Assembly: GCF_001194135.2 (NCBI RefSeq)
Contig: NC_068994.1
Location: forward strand, 20,714,269 to 20,778,268
DNA: 64,000 nucleotides
Source: Octopus bimaculoides
Lineage: Eukaryota
Reading direction: 5' to 3'
The notes below the pieces were generated by a model. The model was not told the origin of the DNA, ran no database searches, and saw nothing but the letters and a program-made list of their open reading frames with translations. Of the stretch, positions 12,775 to 24,907 are shown in pieces. The translations under genes were made by a program, and so were the position numbers. Each line of letters opens with the position of its first letter. The stretch's first letter is position 1.

Positions 12775-13379
12775 GCCTAAAATACAATACATTACTATAC
12801 AATATTACCTAGCTCCAGTTGTAAAATATAAGTTGGCTATCCCTTACCTATCCCTTACCTTATTCACTCAGTCATTATGAGGTGTCACCAGCCAGCTATA
12901 AAAGTTGAGAGTGATTACTTCCTATTTCCTTGATTAATATTAAACTGGGAAATCCACCAAAACGAGTCAAAGAGAAAATGAGAAAACCTCTACACATTTA
13001 CTCAGTCTACTAGAAATACCAGCTAAATAACCCTTAAATATCACGACACATTGGAAAGAAGTTAATGTGGTCCCAGCTGCACACTACCTAAAAAATCACT
13101 AGGCTAAATAGTGCTGCATATTTTGCTATGGTGTTGCAAAATCACAGAACTTATAATTACACATTAACGAAATCATTTGGCATTTATTCAAACAACATAT
13201 TAGTTAGCTGTATCAAATTAACACATTTAATCATTGCTTTCAATGTATGATGACTTGAAATGACCTTGGGTGTTTGTCTTGCTCAAATTAATAAATCAAA
13301 ATATGAGTTCATACTTGCTAGTGAACTTGTACACAATTATTCAGCTTGCTCAATCCTACTCCCTCTCCTGTACCACTTT

Positions 13380-14000
13380 TCCCATGCTGGCATATTTCGG
13401 ACAGTTCTTCTCTAGTACAGCTCCATGCTAGTTGTTGCAGTCTTTCGTCATCTTTTTCATAAGATTCAGGTCTTGAAATCTTCCTTCAACAGTTTTTCTC
13501 CAACTTCCTTTGTCTTCCTTTTCCACAAGTTCCTTCCTCTTGGATCACTTGGTACTTTTGCTTTTACCCAACTGTAACAACATACATGCATCATGTCTGC
13601 ATCAGTGAAATTTTCTGTCTTGCATACTACATACAATTCTTGTTATACTCAGTTTTTATTTCATCCGACAACACATGCTTACTTCATTTCTTTCCAGCCT
13701 TCACACATTGTGCACAAGTTTCATACAATCTACTCTTCATTCAGAAGAGCTAGTGCTTGCCAGGAGAAGTAATAGCTTCCTGAAATCTTAACAAACCATT
13801 CTCATACTGATTACTATGCTTTCAGTCCACCCCACCCCCATTGCTAATTAGATCATCTAAATAATAGAAACTGTCAACTTCTAGGAAACCTTCATGAGTG
13901 CTCTGATTGCTAACTACTCTTCTGCATCTGCTACATAAGAATTCTTTCTTCCATGTCACTCTGCCTGTGATTCCAATGATTCTCTTGTGCACCTTTAATT
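13380..14000 (-). mobile_element. Decayed RTE-clade LINE reverse transcriptase remnant
   Basis: Minus-strand broken translation FLEVDSFYYLDDLISNGGG...SRLYETC resembles the RTE LEVVDSFCYLGD.IS.GGG / GRLY.AC segment. Boundaries approximate. Confidence 0.6.
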
Positions 14001-15677
14001 TATATTTGGTTCACAGAATGAAATTCCTAAATACAACTTTCTTGCTGTTATCTTTGCTAGATTTACCTTCAGACATTTTGATTGTACACTCTGCTTCCAC
14101 TGTTATTAATTGAACTACAAGAATTATTCATTGGCATACAGGAGTTCCCATGGCTAGCAAGTTTTGAACTTTTATGTCACAGCCTGGAGAACCATGATGA
14201 ACAGGAGGAGACTGAGAACTGGGCCCTGATGGATGCCTACCATATATCACTTACCTTATTTAGAGTGATGTCTATATGTATTAAGTTTTAAGACATAGAA
14301 AGAAAGTATTAACTTTTAAGACAAACATTTTTTAGAATTAAACTAAATTTGTATCAGTGATTTGTTTCAGAGAAAAGTGGGCATAGAATTGTGTCGTTTA
14401 TTAGCTGTGGGAGGCCTTACATTGATAGACACCGGTTATCATTATGGCATAGGATGTTTGGCTATCTATAGGGCCATATCATGATGGTAACTGGGTCTAA
14501 GTTGGGCTAATAGACTAATCACAGTTGTGTTTGCACTGTTGAGATAAAGATTGGGATTGGATTGGAAGATATTCCAGCCAGCAGCATATGCTGACATTAA
14601 TGGAATGGCATATCTTACCTTGTGCCTTTAATCTGCAGCTGAACAGATATTCTGAATAAAATGACTGTTGTTGTAGACTCCTGTTGGCAATTAAAAAAGA
14701 TTGATAGGTCTTTGTGTTCAACCTGTACAAATCTCTCAGAAGTATATGTTTATCAAAAATTGCAGTTAATTATTTCTGGAGGCAGGAAATGAACAGAATG
14801 TTATATCTTAGCTTGTTTTTTTTTTATTACTAGCAGCCAAATCTCCCATGTAAAACTGCATTGTCTTTAAAAATGATGAGTCTGTATGTTTTAAGTTCAT
14901 AATTCTTGAGGAAACATACCCAAATTAAAGACAGTATGGCTGTGACTAGAATGCCACTGGAAAATGGATTGAGGGTCAACACGTTAAATATCTTACAAAA
15001 TTTCATCCCCCAGCTTACAGTCATCATGTGATCATATGACCAACCAGACTATCAGGCATTGTTACACATTGCGGGGTCATAATGCACTTTGCATCATCTT
15101 AGCCTTCCAATGACACCACCCCACTGGCTCGGCAAGCAGGCCAAGATTCCTCACTTAGAGTCGTATTCTGTTTAAAAGCATTTATCATGCATATAGACAT
15201 GCATACAACAGTTAATGAGGGAATGCTTAAAGAAATTTCAATACTGCAAGCATCTACATAGAAACTTTCTTATGACATCCAGTTAATTGATACCCATTCA
15301 GACAAATCATGTACCCTTTCCTATGAGAAACCCATGTGTGGTAATATCTGCTAGCCTCGTCAAAAAGAGATAAACAATTTATTATGCTGCAAACAACTCC
15401 AGTTTACATGTTTGCACGCGTGCACACACACACAAAGTCCACATGTAGACATATCCATAAGTATATGAGAATCTGTACATGAGTTAGTGCACATATAGGC
15501 ATAGATATTAATGTTTTGTCTAAAGCACAACTTGTGTCTGAATGTAACTGAAATACTCAAGACTTACCTTGTCAACCTACCCTAGCTACCTGTTAATCAA
15601 CTCAGAAAGAGAAAAAAACTTTAGTAAGAAAACCAGTGGACACACTTGTTCAACCAGCTTTTCAATAGTATTTTAAC

Positions 15678-15715
<38 letters not shown>

Positions 15716-16023
15716 CCCCCCCCACACACACACACACACAAAATATATGTATGTTTAAATACTTGCTTTATATATTTCAGACATACATTTACAGTATTTA
15801 TATTATGCATTCATTCTCCCCCAACACACAAGTCCCTGTGATGTTCAGCCAGACAACACATTCACATATGTGTATTTCCCTCCACTATTCTCATGCCTCC
15901 ATTAGCTTTGCAATTTCAGTGATCAGCCCAGCCTCACTGAAGTAAAATTCCCACTGCCATCAATCATAAAAAAATAACACTGTCCATTTGTTGTAGTCAG
16001 GGAAACTACTTTTAACATACTTA

Positions 16024-16400
16024 GGCACAGGTGTGGCTGTGTGGTAAGAAGATCGCTTCCCAACCACTTGGTTCTGAGTTCATTTCTGCTGTGTGGTACT
16101 TTGGGCATCTCCTACTATAGCCTCAGGCTGACCAAAGCCTTATGAGTGGATTTGGTAGATGGAAACTGAAAAAAGCCCATCATATATGGACAGTGCTGGT
16201 GATTCGAAAAAGGCACTCATGTTAGTAACACATAAAAGGTACCCCCTACACTCTTGGAGTGGTTGGTGTTAGGAAGGGCATCCAGCTGTAGAAACCAAGT
16301 TAAATCAAACTGGAGCCAGGTACAGCTCTCCAGCTTACCAGTTCTGGTCAAACTGTCTAACACTTGCCAGCATAGAAAACAAACACTAAAGGATGATGAT
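16024..16400 (+). mobile_element. Family A SINE head (16024-16165) followed by an RTE-type tail (16215-16400)
   Basis: GGCACAGGTGTGGCTGTGTGGTAAGAAGATCGCTTCCCAACCAC..., then GGTTGGTGTTAGGAAGGGCATCCAGCTGTAGAAAC...GATGATGATG. Confidence 0.75.
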
Positions 16401-16538
16401 GGTGAGATGTGTGTGTGTTTATTTGTCCTCCACCACTGCTTGACAACTGGTTTTGGTGTGCTTGTGTACCTGTAACTTAGCGGTTCAGCAAAAGTGATTG
16501 ATATAATAATGTAAAAGATAAAAGATGTATGTGTGTGG

Positions 16539-16578
<40 letters not shown>

Positions 16579-17544
16579 TTAAAACTAGATGTATAGATAT
16601 TAAGAATAAGCAAAGCTGTTTTCCATGATGTTTAGCCCCCTCCCCAGGACAATCTTGATTGAGTAGCCCTATGATCAGAGACATTTCAGCCAAAACTGTT
16701 TCATTGTTTTAGGGAAGGTTGTAATCTTGATTACTTATATGCCACCTTGGAATCCAGATACTCATCCCTATGAGTCTTAGGACTTGAGTCAGTAATAGCC
16801 AAGAGTTGACGATGATACATTTTCTGGTGTTTTCTTTTTTTAATATGGTAGGGTTTGACCTGAGAGAATATTGGCTGTTATTTCTCATAGGATGAGTCAC
16901 CACATAGAGATTCCTTCTGTTTGCAACCGAGTAAAATTGTTATCAGAGGAAAACTTTGGAAGATCTACTTGACTCTTAAATTTTATCAAGTTATTAATTG
17001 TTGACTTTTGAAATATTCTGAGCTGGTTTTATTTCTGTTTTGATTTTTTTTTTTGTCTTGTTTTTAATTTCTATTATTACTGTAGCTTACATTTTGTATA
17101 AATTTTATGTTAGTCATGTCATCAAACAACAAATAGATATGGATTATTGCTTTTATGTTCATAGTCAGACATAGGATATTGCTTTCACCTGTTCTTGTTC
17201 TGTCCTACTTCCATAAAACTGTATTGAATTCAGTAGAATAAATATAATTGTCACAACAATCCTTGTTGAGAGAATGCTAGCTGACTAACCAAAGGGTCAG
17301 TAGTTCACATCAAGCAACTTGCATAGTACAGAGTCTTTGAAAAAGGTTTTATTCTTAATTGCATAGACAATCTAACATTAATTAGAGGACACATAGTAAG
17401 TAACAGGTGCCCTCTACCATTGATGTTTTATTAACCCATGATATTGAACTCAAATTTTAGCATCGGTGTGTGTGTGTGTGTGTGTATAGACACAGACACA
17501 CACACACACACACACACATACATAGTTATATATATATATATAAA

Positions 17545-17774
17545 TTAACAGAATGAAATAAAAATCCAAGGGTGTGAAAGATTTCAGAGCATTTATAAAT
17601 AGAAGGTCTTACAGCTGTTTCTGGGATATTTTATATGTCCCTTCATCACACCATTTTCTCACACCATCTCCGATGAAGGGATATATAAAATATCCCAGAA
17701 ACAGCTGTAAGACCTTCTATTTATAAATGTTCTGAAATCTTTCACAGCCTTGGATTTTTTTCTCATTCTGTTAA
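17545..17774. repeat. Near-perfect 103-bp inverted repeat with a 24-nt spacer
   Basis: Arms 17545-17647 and 17672-17774 are reverse complements, including the identical core CATTTATAAATAGAAGGTCTTACAGCTGTTTCTGGGATATTTTATAT. Only a handful of mismatches. Confidence 0.95.
17667..17712 (+). ncRNA. Minimal type I hammerhead-like motif, non-canonical core
   Basis: TCT-CCGATGA-A-GGGATAT-ATAAA-ATATCCC-A-GAAA-CAGCTGT-A-AGA: 3-bp stem I, 7-bp stem II, palindromic stem III ACAGCTGT, GTA triplet. The core has C at position 4 instead of U. Confidence 0.5.
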
Positions 17775-17927
17775 TATTTTTATATATACACATTCTGATA
17801 TATGACCTACGTTGGACTCTTCATTTACATAATCACCGAACCTGGAGTTTAACTATAGTCTGTCCATAGCACTTACTCAGCTTTACCTGACAACTTTGGA
17901 TCTTCTTGACACGATTACCTCTCTCAT

Positions 17928-18081
17928 NNNNNNNNNNNNNNNNNNNNNNNNNNNNNNNNNNNNNNNNNNNNNNNNNNNNNNNNNNNNNNNNNNNNNNNNN
18001 NNNNNNNNNNNNNNNNNNNNNNNNNNNNNNNNNNNNNNNNNNNNNNNNNNNNNNNNNNNNNNNNNNNNNNNNNNNNNNNNN
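17928..18081. other. Assembly gap
   Basis: N run followed by TA/CA repeats. Confidence 0.99.
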
Positions 18082-19220
18082 ATATATATACATATGTACA
18101 AACACACACACACACACACACACACACTCACTCACTCATATGGTTGAGTGAGTATAACTTTGTAGCTTGTACAATGCTTTTATTAGTTATGTTTTTAAGT
18201 GCCTGTGTAGTCACAAGCAGACACATACAACCTTTTAACCTGCCTATCTTTGACACTGTGGAATTTCAAGGATATGACAACTGGAGCAAGAGTGAGCTCC
18301 TCGAGAAAGCAGCTAGTACTCATTTTCAACTGAGTACACTGGAGTCAAATGAAATGAAGTGCCTTACTCGAGGACACAATGACATTATATGCTACCCAAT
18401 CAAGCAATTGAACCCATGATCTTACAATCATGAGCCCAACACTCTAACCACTTGGCCATGCTCCTTCACACACACACACACACATGCACAAAATAGGTGC
18501 AGGTGTAGCTGTGTTGTTGAGAAGTTCACTAGTGTCAAACTGACAGTGGAACTCAAAGCAGTTCTAAGCTACTCCACCAAGATCTTTGCAGAATAGGTGT
18601 ACTGGGAGTGCTTGAAAATATCAAAGTTCTACTCTTTGGAGGCAAATAAGGAAAATATGCAGTGATATGTATGAAAAATCTTGGAAGGACAGGCATCAAA
18701 TTTTTGGCATTGATACCTATTCAAATACTTGAACCGAGAGCCATTTCATAGTGCTAAAGGTTCCATTGACTCTGTTTGGTCAGGACCAAATAATGAAATA
18801 GCTTGAGGTAGTTCGAATGACCACAGCTTTTTAATATCCCACTGAAAAACATAAGATATATATATACAGAGTAGATGACAGCACATTCAAACAACACATG
18901 GATTCTACTGTTTAAGATCCCATTTGGGCCTATGTCATAAGAAATACTTATATAAGGGCAGTTGTATCCAACTTCCTGATTCCAAAAAATACCAACTATT
19001 AAAAAAAATGGCAATGCTCCAGCTTGACTATAGCTCAGAAGCTGAAACTAGTAAAAGGATAAAAGAATATTGCTTGAGGGGGTCTATTTTGTTTTTTTGA
19101 GAGAGATGTGAAGTGGAGGAGAGGGAGTGTCCATAAACTGAGCTGGGGATAAGAAATCTATGTGGAAAGAAATGAAAGGAAGAAAAACAATAATTTTTGA
19201 AAAGAGAAAGCAGTGAGCTA

Positions 19221-19670
19221 GCAGAATCATTAGCAAGCTGGGCAAAATGCTTAGCAGCATTTCATCCGTCTTTACATTCTAAGTTCAAATTCCACCAAGG
19301 CCAACTTTGCCTTTCATTCTTTCAGGTTTAATAAATTAAGTACTAATTGAACATTGGGTGGGGTCAATGAAATCAACTTAACCTTCTTACAAAATTGCTG
19401 GCCTTTTGCTGAAATTTGAAATCAATAATTTTGAGAAGAGGAGTTAGTGGATTACATTGGCCCCCATTACTTGACTAATATTTTATTTTATTGACTCTGG
19501 AAGGATGAAAGGCACAGTGGACCTCTGTGGGATTTGAACCTGGAATGTAAAGAGCAGGGGGGAATACTGTATAACATTTGTCTGCCCTTTAAATGATGTT
19601 TCCAAACCAAATTTTGGTTTAAAGCCAGCAATTTTAGGGGGATGGGGTAAGTTGATTACATTGACTCTAC
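19221..19670. mobile_element. Adjacent inverted pair of family B SINEs (+ 19221-19428; - 19445-19670)
   Basis: GCAGAATCATTAGC...AAGTTCAAATTCC...CTTTGCCTTTCATTC on +, then GGAAGGATGAAAGGCAC...GGATTTGAACC (reverse orientation). Confidence 0.7.
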
Positions 19671-20824
19671 TATAGCCTAGGAGCCAACCAAAGCTTTGCG
19701 AGTGGATTTGGTAGATAGAAACTGAGAGAAGCCCATTGTGTGTGTGTTTGTGTAAGTGTTTGTCCCCCATCACTGCTTGACAACTGGTGCTGGTGTGCTT
19801 ACATACCAGTAACTTAGCGGTTTGGTAAAAGAGGCTGATAGAATAAATACCAGGTTTTAAAAAAAAAATTAAGTACTAGGGTTGATTCATTCAACTAAAA
19901 TGTCTTCAAGGTGACGCCCCTGCATGGCTGCAGTCTAATAACTGAAACAAATAAAAAATTCAAACATTGTCTCTATCTTTCCAAATTCTGCTGCACTTCA
20001 CTTGGAATATTTGGTCTTCCAAAGTTGTCTTGGTGTGTAATTTGACTTATCTTTTTTGGCTGTAAATTTTGATCTGAAAAATCCAACTTCATTTTGTATG
20101 ATCCTCTGCCATTTCAGGAGTAAAAAGTCTTTATTGACCTCATAATCATTTGTTGCAAAATATATTACATGATACTAGCCTTATCCTACTCAGTTGCAAA
20201 TGGTTGTGTCTTTAATGGTTTCAATCTCTTCTCTGGTGTTAAAATACTTCTCCACTGACTCAATTGTAACCAAGGGAAAATAATGTACTGTACATGCATC
20301 TCATAATGGATACTATAATGATTTCAGTGTAAAACAGCTATCATTTAGAAGAAAATTCAGTTGATGTGTTTCCTATTTCTCCATTATCCATGTTGTAGGT
20401 TACTTTATCTTCCCAACACACCAAAGCTAATTGGTATCACAGCTTTCTTAGTGAAACTTAAAACTACTTTTACAATTGCATTTGTTTATTTTTATCTTTT
20501 GGTAATTGAGACCAGAGTCATTTCTGCAATATATACCTGTAAGTTCTTTCATCAGTATTGCAATGGATACTCTATAAGATAAATAATAACTATTGTTTTA
20601 AAAACAGAACTACCTTTCTGAAAAACTGGTATTAAAATGATATATTTATTAAGAATGACTTATGAATATATACATCTCCTCATGAACCCAACTATATATC
20701 ATAATCATCCTCATTATGGTCACCTCTGGGCCCATCTCTGTAACTTGAGAAATACGTTTACAATATTGTTACCGATAGTTTTTAACTAACAATAACAAAG
20801 CTGCAGATTTACTATAGTAAATAC

Positions 20825-21874
20825 ACTACAGTATCTGATAACGGAACACAGTTCACGTCAAAGAAATTTTATAACTTTTGCAAAATGCATGCAGTGGAGC
20901 ATATTACTACTCCACCATACCATCCAAGATCAAATGGACTAGTGAAACATTTCGTAGACATGTTTAAGAGGTGCTGAAAAAATCTAGAAATGAACTACTA
21001 GTTGATATTGCATTGATGCAATTCTTCAGTGTCTACCAAATAACACCTAACCCCAACAGCACATCAGGTCTGTCGGCAGCTGAACTAATGTTCGCCAAGA
21101 AAATCAGGTCAGTGTTTGACAAATTACTACCAAGAAGAAAAGACAATCTGGAGAGAAACACCAAAAATAAGATGAAATACTTCAAAATTGGTGACAAGGT
21201 TTTGTTTTTAAATATAGAAAAACGAAAAGAAAAGCTGGGAAGAAGGTATAATAAGTAAATGTTTAAGAAAAATAACAGACATGGTAAAAGGTCATATGTG
21301 GGAACACAAGAGACACCTAAACCAACTAAAAAAATGGTTTACAGAAGAGAGAATGAGACATGAAGAGCCAATGGAATTTCTTTATAACATTTTTGACATC
21401 CTGATACTTCAAGGAATAATCAAACCAACGGGTACTGCGACTAGGAAAAGAAAGCAAACAGAACTCTTGCAAGTAGACCCAAAACTAAAAAGAAATATTC
21501 CAATTTCTTCCCAGGGAATTGAAAAAAGGTGGAGAGAGGTGGTAATAAAGATAATAAATAAAAGAAAAATATTGACTTCCAATGAAAATCAAACTAAAAA
21601 AGGGGAGATGTTGTGGTGAAATCCTGACACCCCTGTGGGATAGTAAATCAACTGTCCTAAACTATTTAAAGGCGCATGCGCACTGTCAGTAAAAGACAGT
21701 GTGATGTGTGCAGGCACTTTGTGAAGACAGTCGTAGAAGTTGTTGAGTAGAGAGATTGTTTGTTACATGTTGTTTCTGATTTGTATTGTTATAACCTTGT
21801 TATAAATCCACGTTATAAAGTGGCATATACAGTGAGTTCAAAGAAGGACATAACAGTGTCGACAAGGCACAACA
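20825..21874 (+). mobile_element. 5'-truncated Gypsy/Ty3 LTR retrotransposon: integrase remnant, PPT and 3' LTR
   Basis: Translates TTVSDNGTQFTSKKFYNFCKMHAVEHITTPPYHPRSNGLVKHFVDMFKR (rve integrase core). After frameshifts it continues TPNPNSTSGLSAAELMFAKKIRSVFDKLLP and HKRHLNQL. Polypurine tract AAAAAAGGGGAGA at 21596-21608 sits directly before TGTTGTG. Confidence 0.9.
21609..21874 (+). repeat. 3' LTR (266 bp)
   Basis: Begins TGTTGTG right after the PPT and ends with its reverse complement CACAACA (21868-21874). Confidence 0.75.
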
Positions 21875-21899
21875 TATATCTCCCTTAATTTTATAAATG

Positions 21900-22120
21900 G
21901 TGGTAATATTGGCTTCAAACTTTGGCAGAAGCCCTGCAATTTTGGGTGTGGGGGTAAGTTGATGACAGCAACCCCAGTACTCAACTGGTACTTATTTTAT
22001 CAACCCCAAGAGGATGAAAAGCAAAAATCAACCTTGGCAGAATTTGAACTTAGAACATAAAGTAAGATGAAATGCTGCTAAGCATTTTGCCCACTGTGCT
22101 AATGATTTTGCCAGCTCGCT
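21900..22120 (-). mobile_element. tRNA-derived SINE (family B)
   Basis: CCCCAGTACTCAACTGGTACTTATTTTATCAACCCC...GGATGAAAAGCAAAA...GAATTTGAACTTAGAAC...GCCAGCTCGC. Confidence 0.75.
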
Positions 22121-23443
22121 GCTTTTTAGATGGTAATGATATTTGCATCTTTCCAGTTTTGACGTATATTTTCCTGGCTACATGTTTCTGAGAGGAAGAA
22201 CAAAACAGTTTAATGTTGAAGAAATCAACTTCCTTCAAAATCTCTACTGGAATATTCTCCAGTCCAGGAGATTTATCACTATTTTGATTGCATCACAAAT
22301 TTTAATAAAGATTGGTTGCTTGTCATGGGAATGGATAATACACATTTTACAAAATTTTTCCATGAAGGATGGATTTACTGTTTTAGGAGTTGATTGAAAT
22401 GTTCTTTGCGATGACCCATTTTCTGATTGGTACTTCAGTAGGGATGTGTTATCTGATGACTTGACTCATACACTGGGACTATTCCTGGGCCCATAGAGAA
22501 ACATTTATTACATCATAGAAATTGTGCATGTCATGCTTCTCTGCAGGCATCTGAATTTCTTGGCCTGCAGAGACTTACACATTTGGCTAATTTTCAGTTC
22601 ATCTCATTGGTTAACTAACAACAGTGATCTGTAAGCAAGAGGTTACAAGCTGGTGAAAAGTAACAGTGCAACTACCCCATTAACTATGCACTGAATGCAT
22701 TGCATCACATTGTAAGAGACACAAATACACATTTGCATTCATGTGCTTGAATGCATGTGTATGAGTGTGTATATGTGTGTTTGCATGTGTATGTATAAGT
22801 GTACGCATGTATGTATATATGTCTATGTTTATACAAGAGAATACAAGGAAATTGCTCCCGAGATGTTGGGATGTTGCTGCTGCTGCTTCACCTGATTCTA
22901 ATTTTCCAGCCACTGAATGAAAGTTGATGCTGTTTTGGGTTCTTAACCTATCATAGATGGGTACTAAAGAAATATAGTAATGAGACTTTGCCACTGGAAT
23001 GTAATGTTTTACTTAGTGGTATTCAGTTCTTTGCATTAAAAGTTAGAAGATAAAAGCAATTGATTGGTATGTAGAGTTTAATTTGGTTAATATTGTATAA
23101 TCTAACTGATGTTTAATATTCTATAGTTTATTTGATGTTGTATTATAATCTATCTGTTATTCTCCCTTATTTTACTGTTTTTATTTTTAAATTTTATGTC
23201 ATTGTTTAACATCAGGTCAGTCTTGATTGATCAGATCTATGATCAAAGCATTCCAGCTATGACTATCTTGGGCCACATTGTTCAATGTGTCTGCTTTTTC
23301 TTTCTTTTTTTTTTAAGGTGGTAAAGTTTTATTTAAAGGAGCTGGTTGAGCAACTATATAGAGGCTCCCTTGTCAGTTTGTGTTTTTGTCTGTGTTATTT
23401 ACTGCCATTGCAGTATATTGGAGTCTCTTCCAGTTTTCAAAAG

Positions 23444-23652
23444 TTAACCCTTTTGATACCAAACTGCCTAAGACTACCTCTGGTTCTATGATACAGACTC
23501 CCTGTTTAAACTGATCTGAATTGAAACCTTTCATCAAATTTTCACATTAATTTATGTTCCAAACACCATCTTGCTACATTTTCTATTATTTCTAAAAGTA
23601 AGTACAACAAAAGCAAGGTATTTCAGTAGAAATATGGTAACAAAAGGATTAA
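23444..23652. mobile_element. TTAA-flanked MITE (piggyBac-like ends)
   Basis: TTAA-CCCTTTTGATACC ... GGTAACAAAAGGA-TTAA. Relatives at 29004, 32568 and 60420. Confidence 0.7.
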
Positions 23653-24691
23653 AGAATACAGAATACTTATACTCCAGAGCAAAGTTCAGTGTAACCTTGA
23701 AAGTTTATGAAATTCTCATCAATTGCAGCTTTCCTCCACATCACAGTGTCTTGCCTTACTTTAGGCCCTTGTCTCCTTATAGAGTTGTAGGGGCACTATC
23801 ATGACATATCTTTGGCATTTAAACTCAGTGGAGCCCATCCCTTTCCAGGTCTGATCATAATCAATTTCTTCTCAAAAGAAAGAGAGAAGAATTGAACCTA
23901 GTACTGGATTGGTATATTGCTGCATGGGGCTCAAATGGAGGACCTGACAGCTAGTACTGGGACAGTACACAAAGCCTTTGCAGGTTCCTTCTGGACTTCA
24001 AGGCAGCTGATGTTTAGCTTCAACTTCTATAGTTGGTTAGTGTTGAAGCTCCAGAGGATTAGCTTCAGTACCTTAATCTGTGATAGGAAATGAGAAGATA
24101 ACATTATTAACCTTGAAACTATAGTGTTTCTTCTTAGTGGTACATGTTCTTTATTATTCTTCTATCATATTATGTCAGGTAGTTTACAATGGAATGTAAA
24201 CCGTCTGAGTTGTTTCCTATTACTTTCTTTGGATATACATGAAATCAAAATTATAGAAGAGAGGAAATATGAATCATGTTTGTATCTTTCCAAAAGTCAA
24301 AAACTAGTTCAGGTCACTAGGAACTTTCCCCCTTCATTTTATATCTAGCTCTTACTATAAGTAAGTTTACTTTAGTGCCTCAATATGTCACAGGAAATTA
24401 GAGAGTAGCATATTATCTGTGAAATTACTGTGAATCTTTTTAGTTAGATATTTTTTCTCTTCAGTGTATACATTCTATGTGGCACATAATAAACACATCA
24501 TATTTTATATATTTTCTCTGCACAGAGTCAGGCTAATGCAAACCCAATGTCTCTTCAACCACTATTATAGGTAGCTAAACAAAACATAGACAAAATGAAA
24601 GAAAAACAACACAGTTGACTTTTGTTAGAGTTACGGCTTGCAATGTTGTTTTAAATGATTTTCTTTAAAAAATATTACCTGACTCAGTTGC

Positions 24692-24907
24692 TTAATCCCA
24701 TTAGCATTCAGATTACTCTGCCAAATGTAATGCTTATTTATTCACATTGTTTTGAATTAATCATGTATTATCTCATAGTTCTGAAATTTCAATGTGATTG
24801 TTTATTTTGAGAATGACATTGTTGGTCTGTGAGAGGCCAGATCTGGTCAATTTGATCAAGTAGAATATTTGGGCCAGATATGGCTGGTTTAAATGCTAAA
24901 GTGTTAA
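24692..24907. mobile_element. TTAA-flanked MITE, second family
   Basis: TTAA-TCCCATTAGCATT ... AATGCTAAAGTG-TTAA, an imperfect TIR pair. Confidence 0.65.

Noticed and set aside
24526-24570. 45-nt candidate exon (CACAG|...TAG|GTAGCT)
   Set aside because: The donor is weak, two of three frames have stops, and the open frame is phase 2, which is incompatible with the giant exon.
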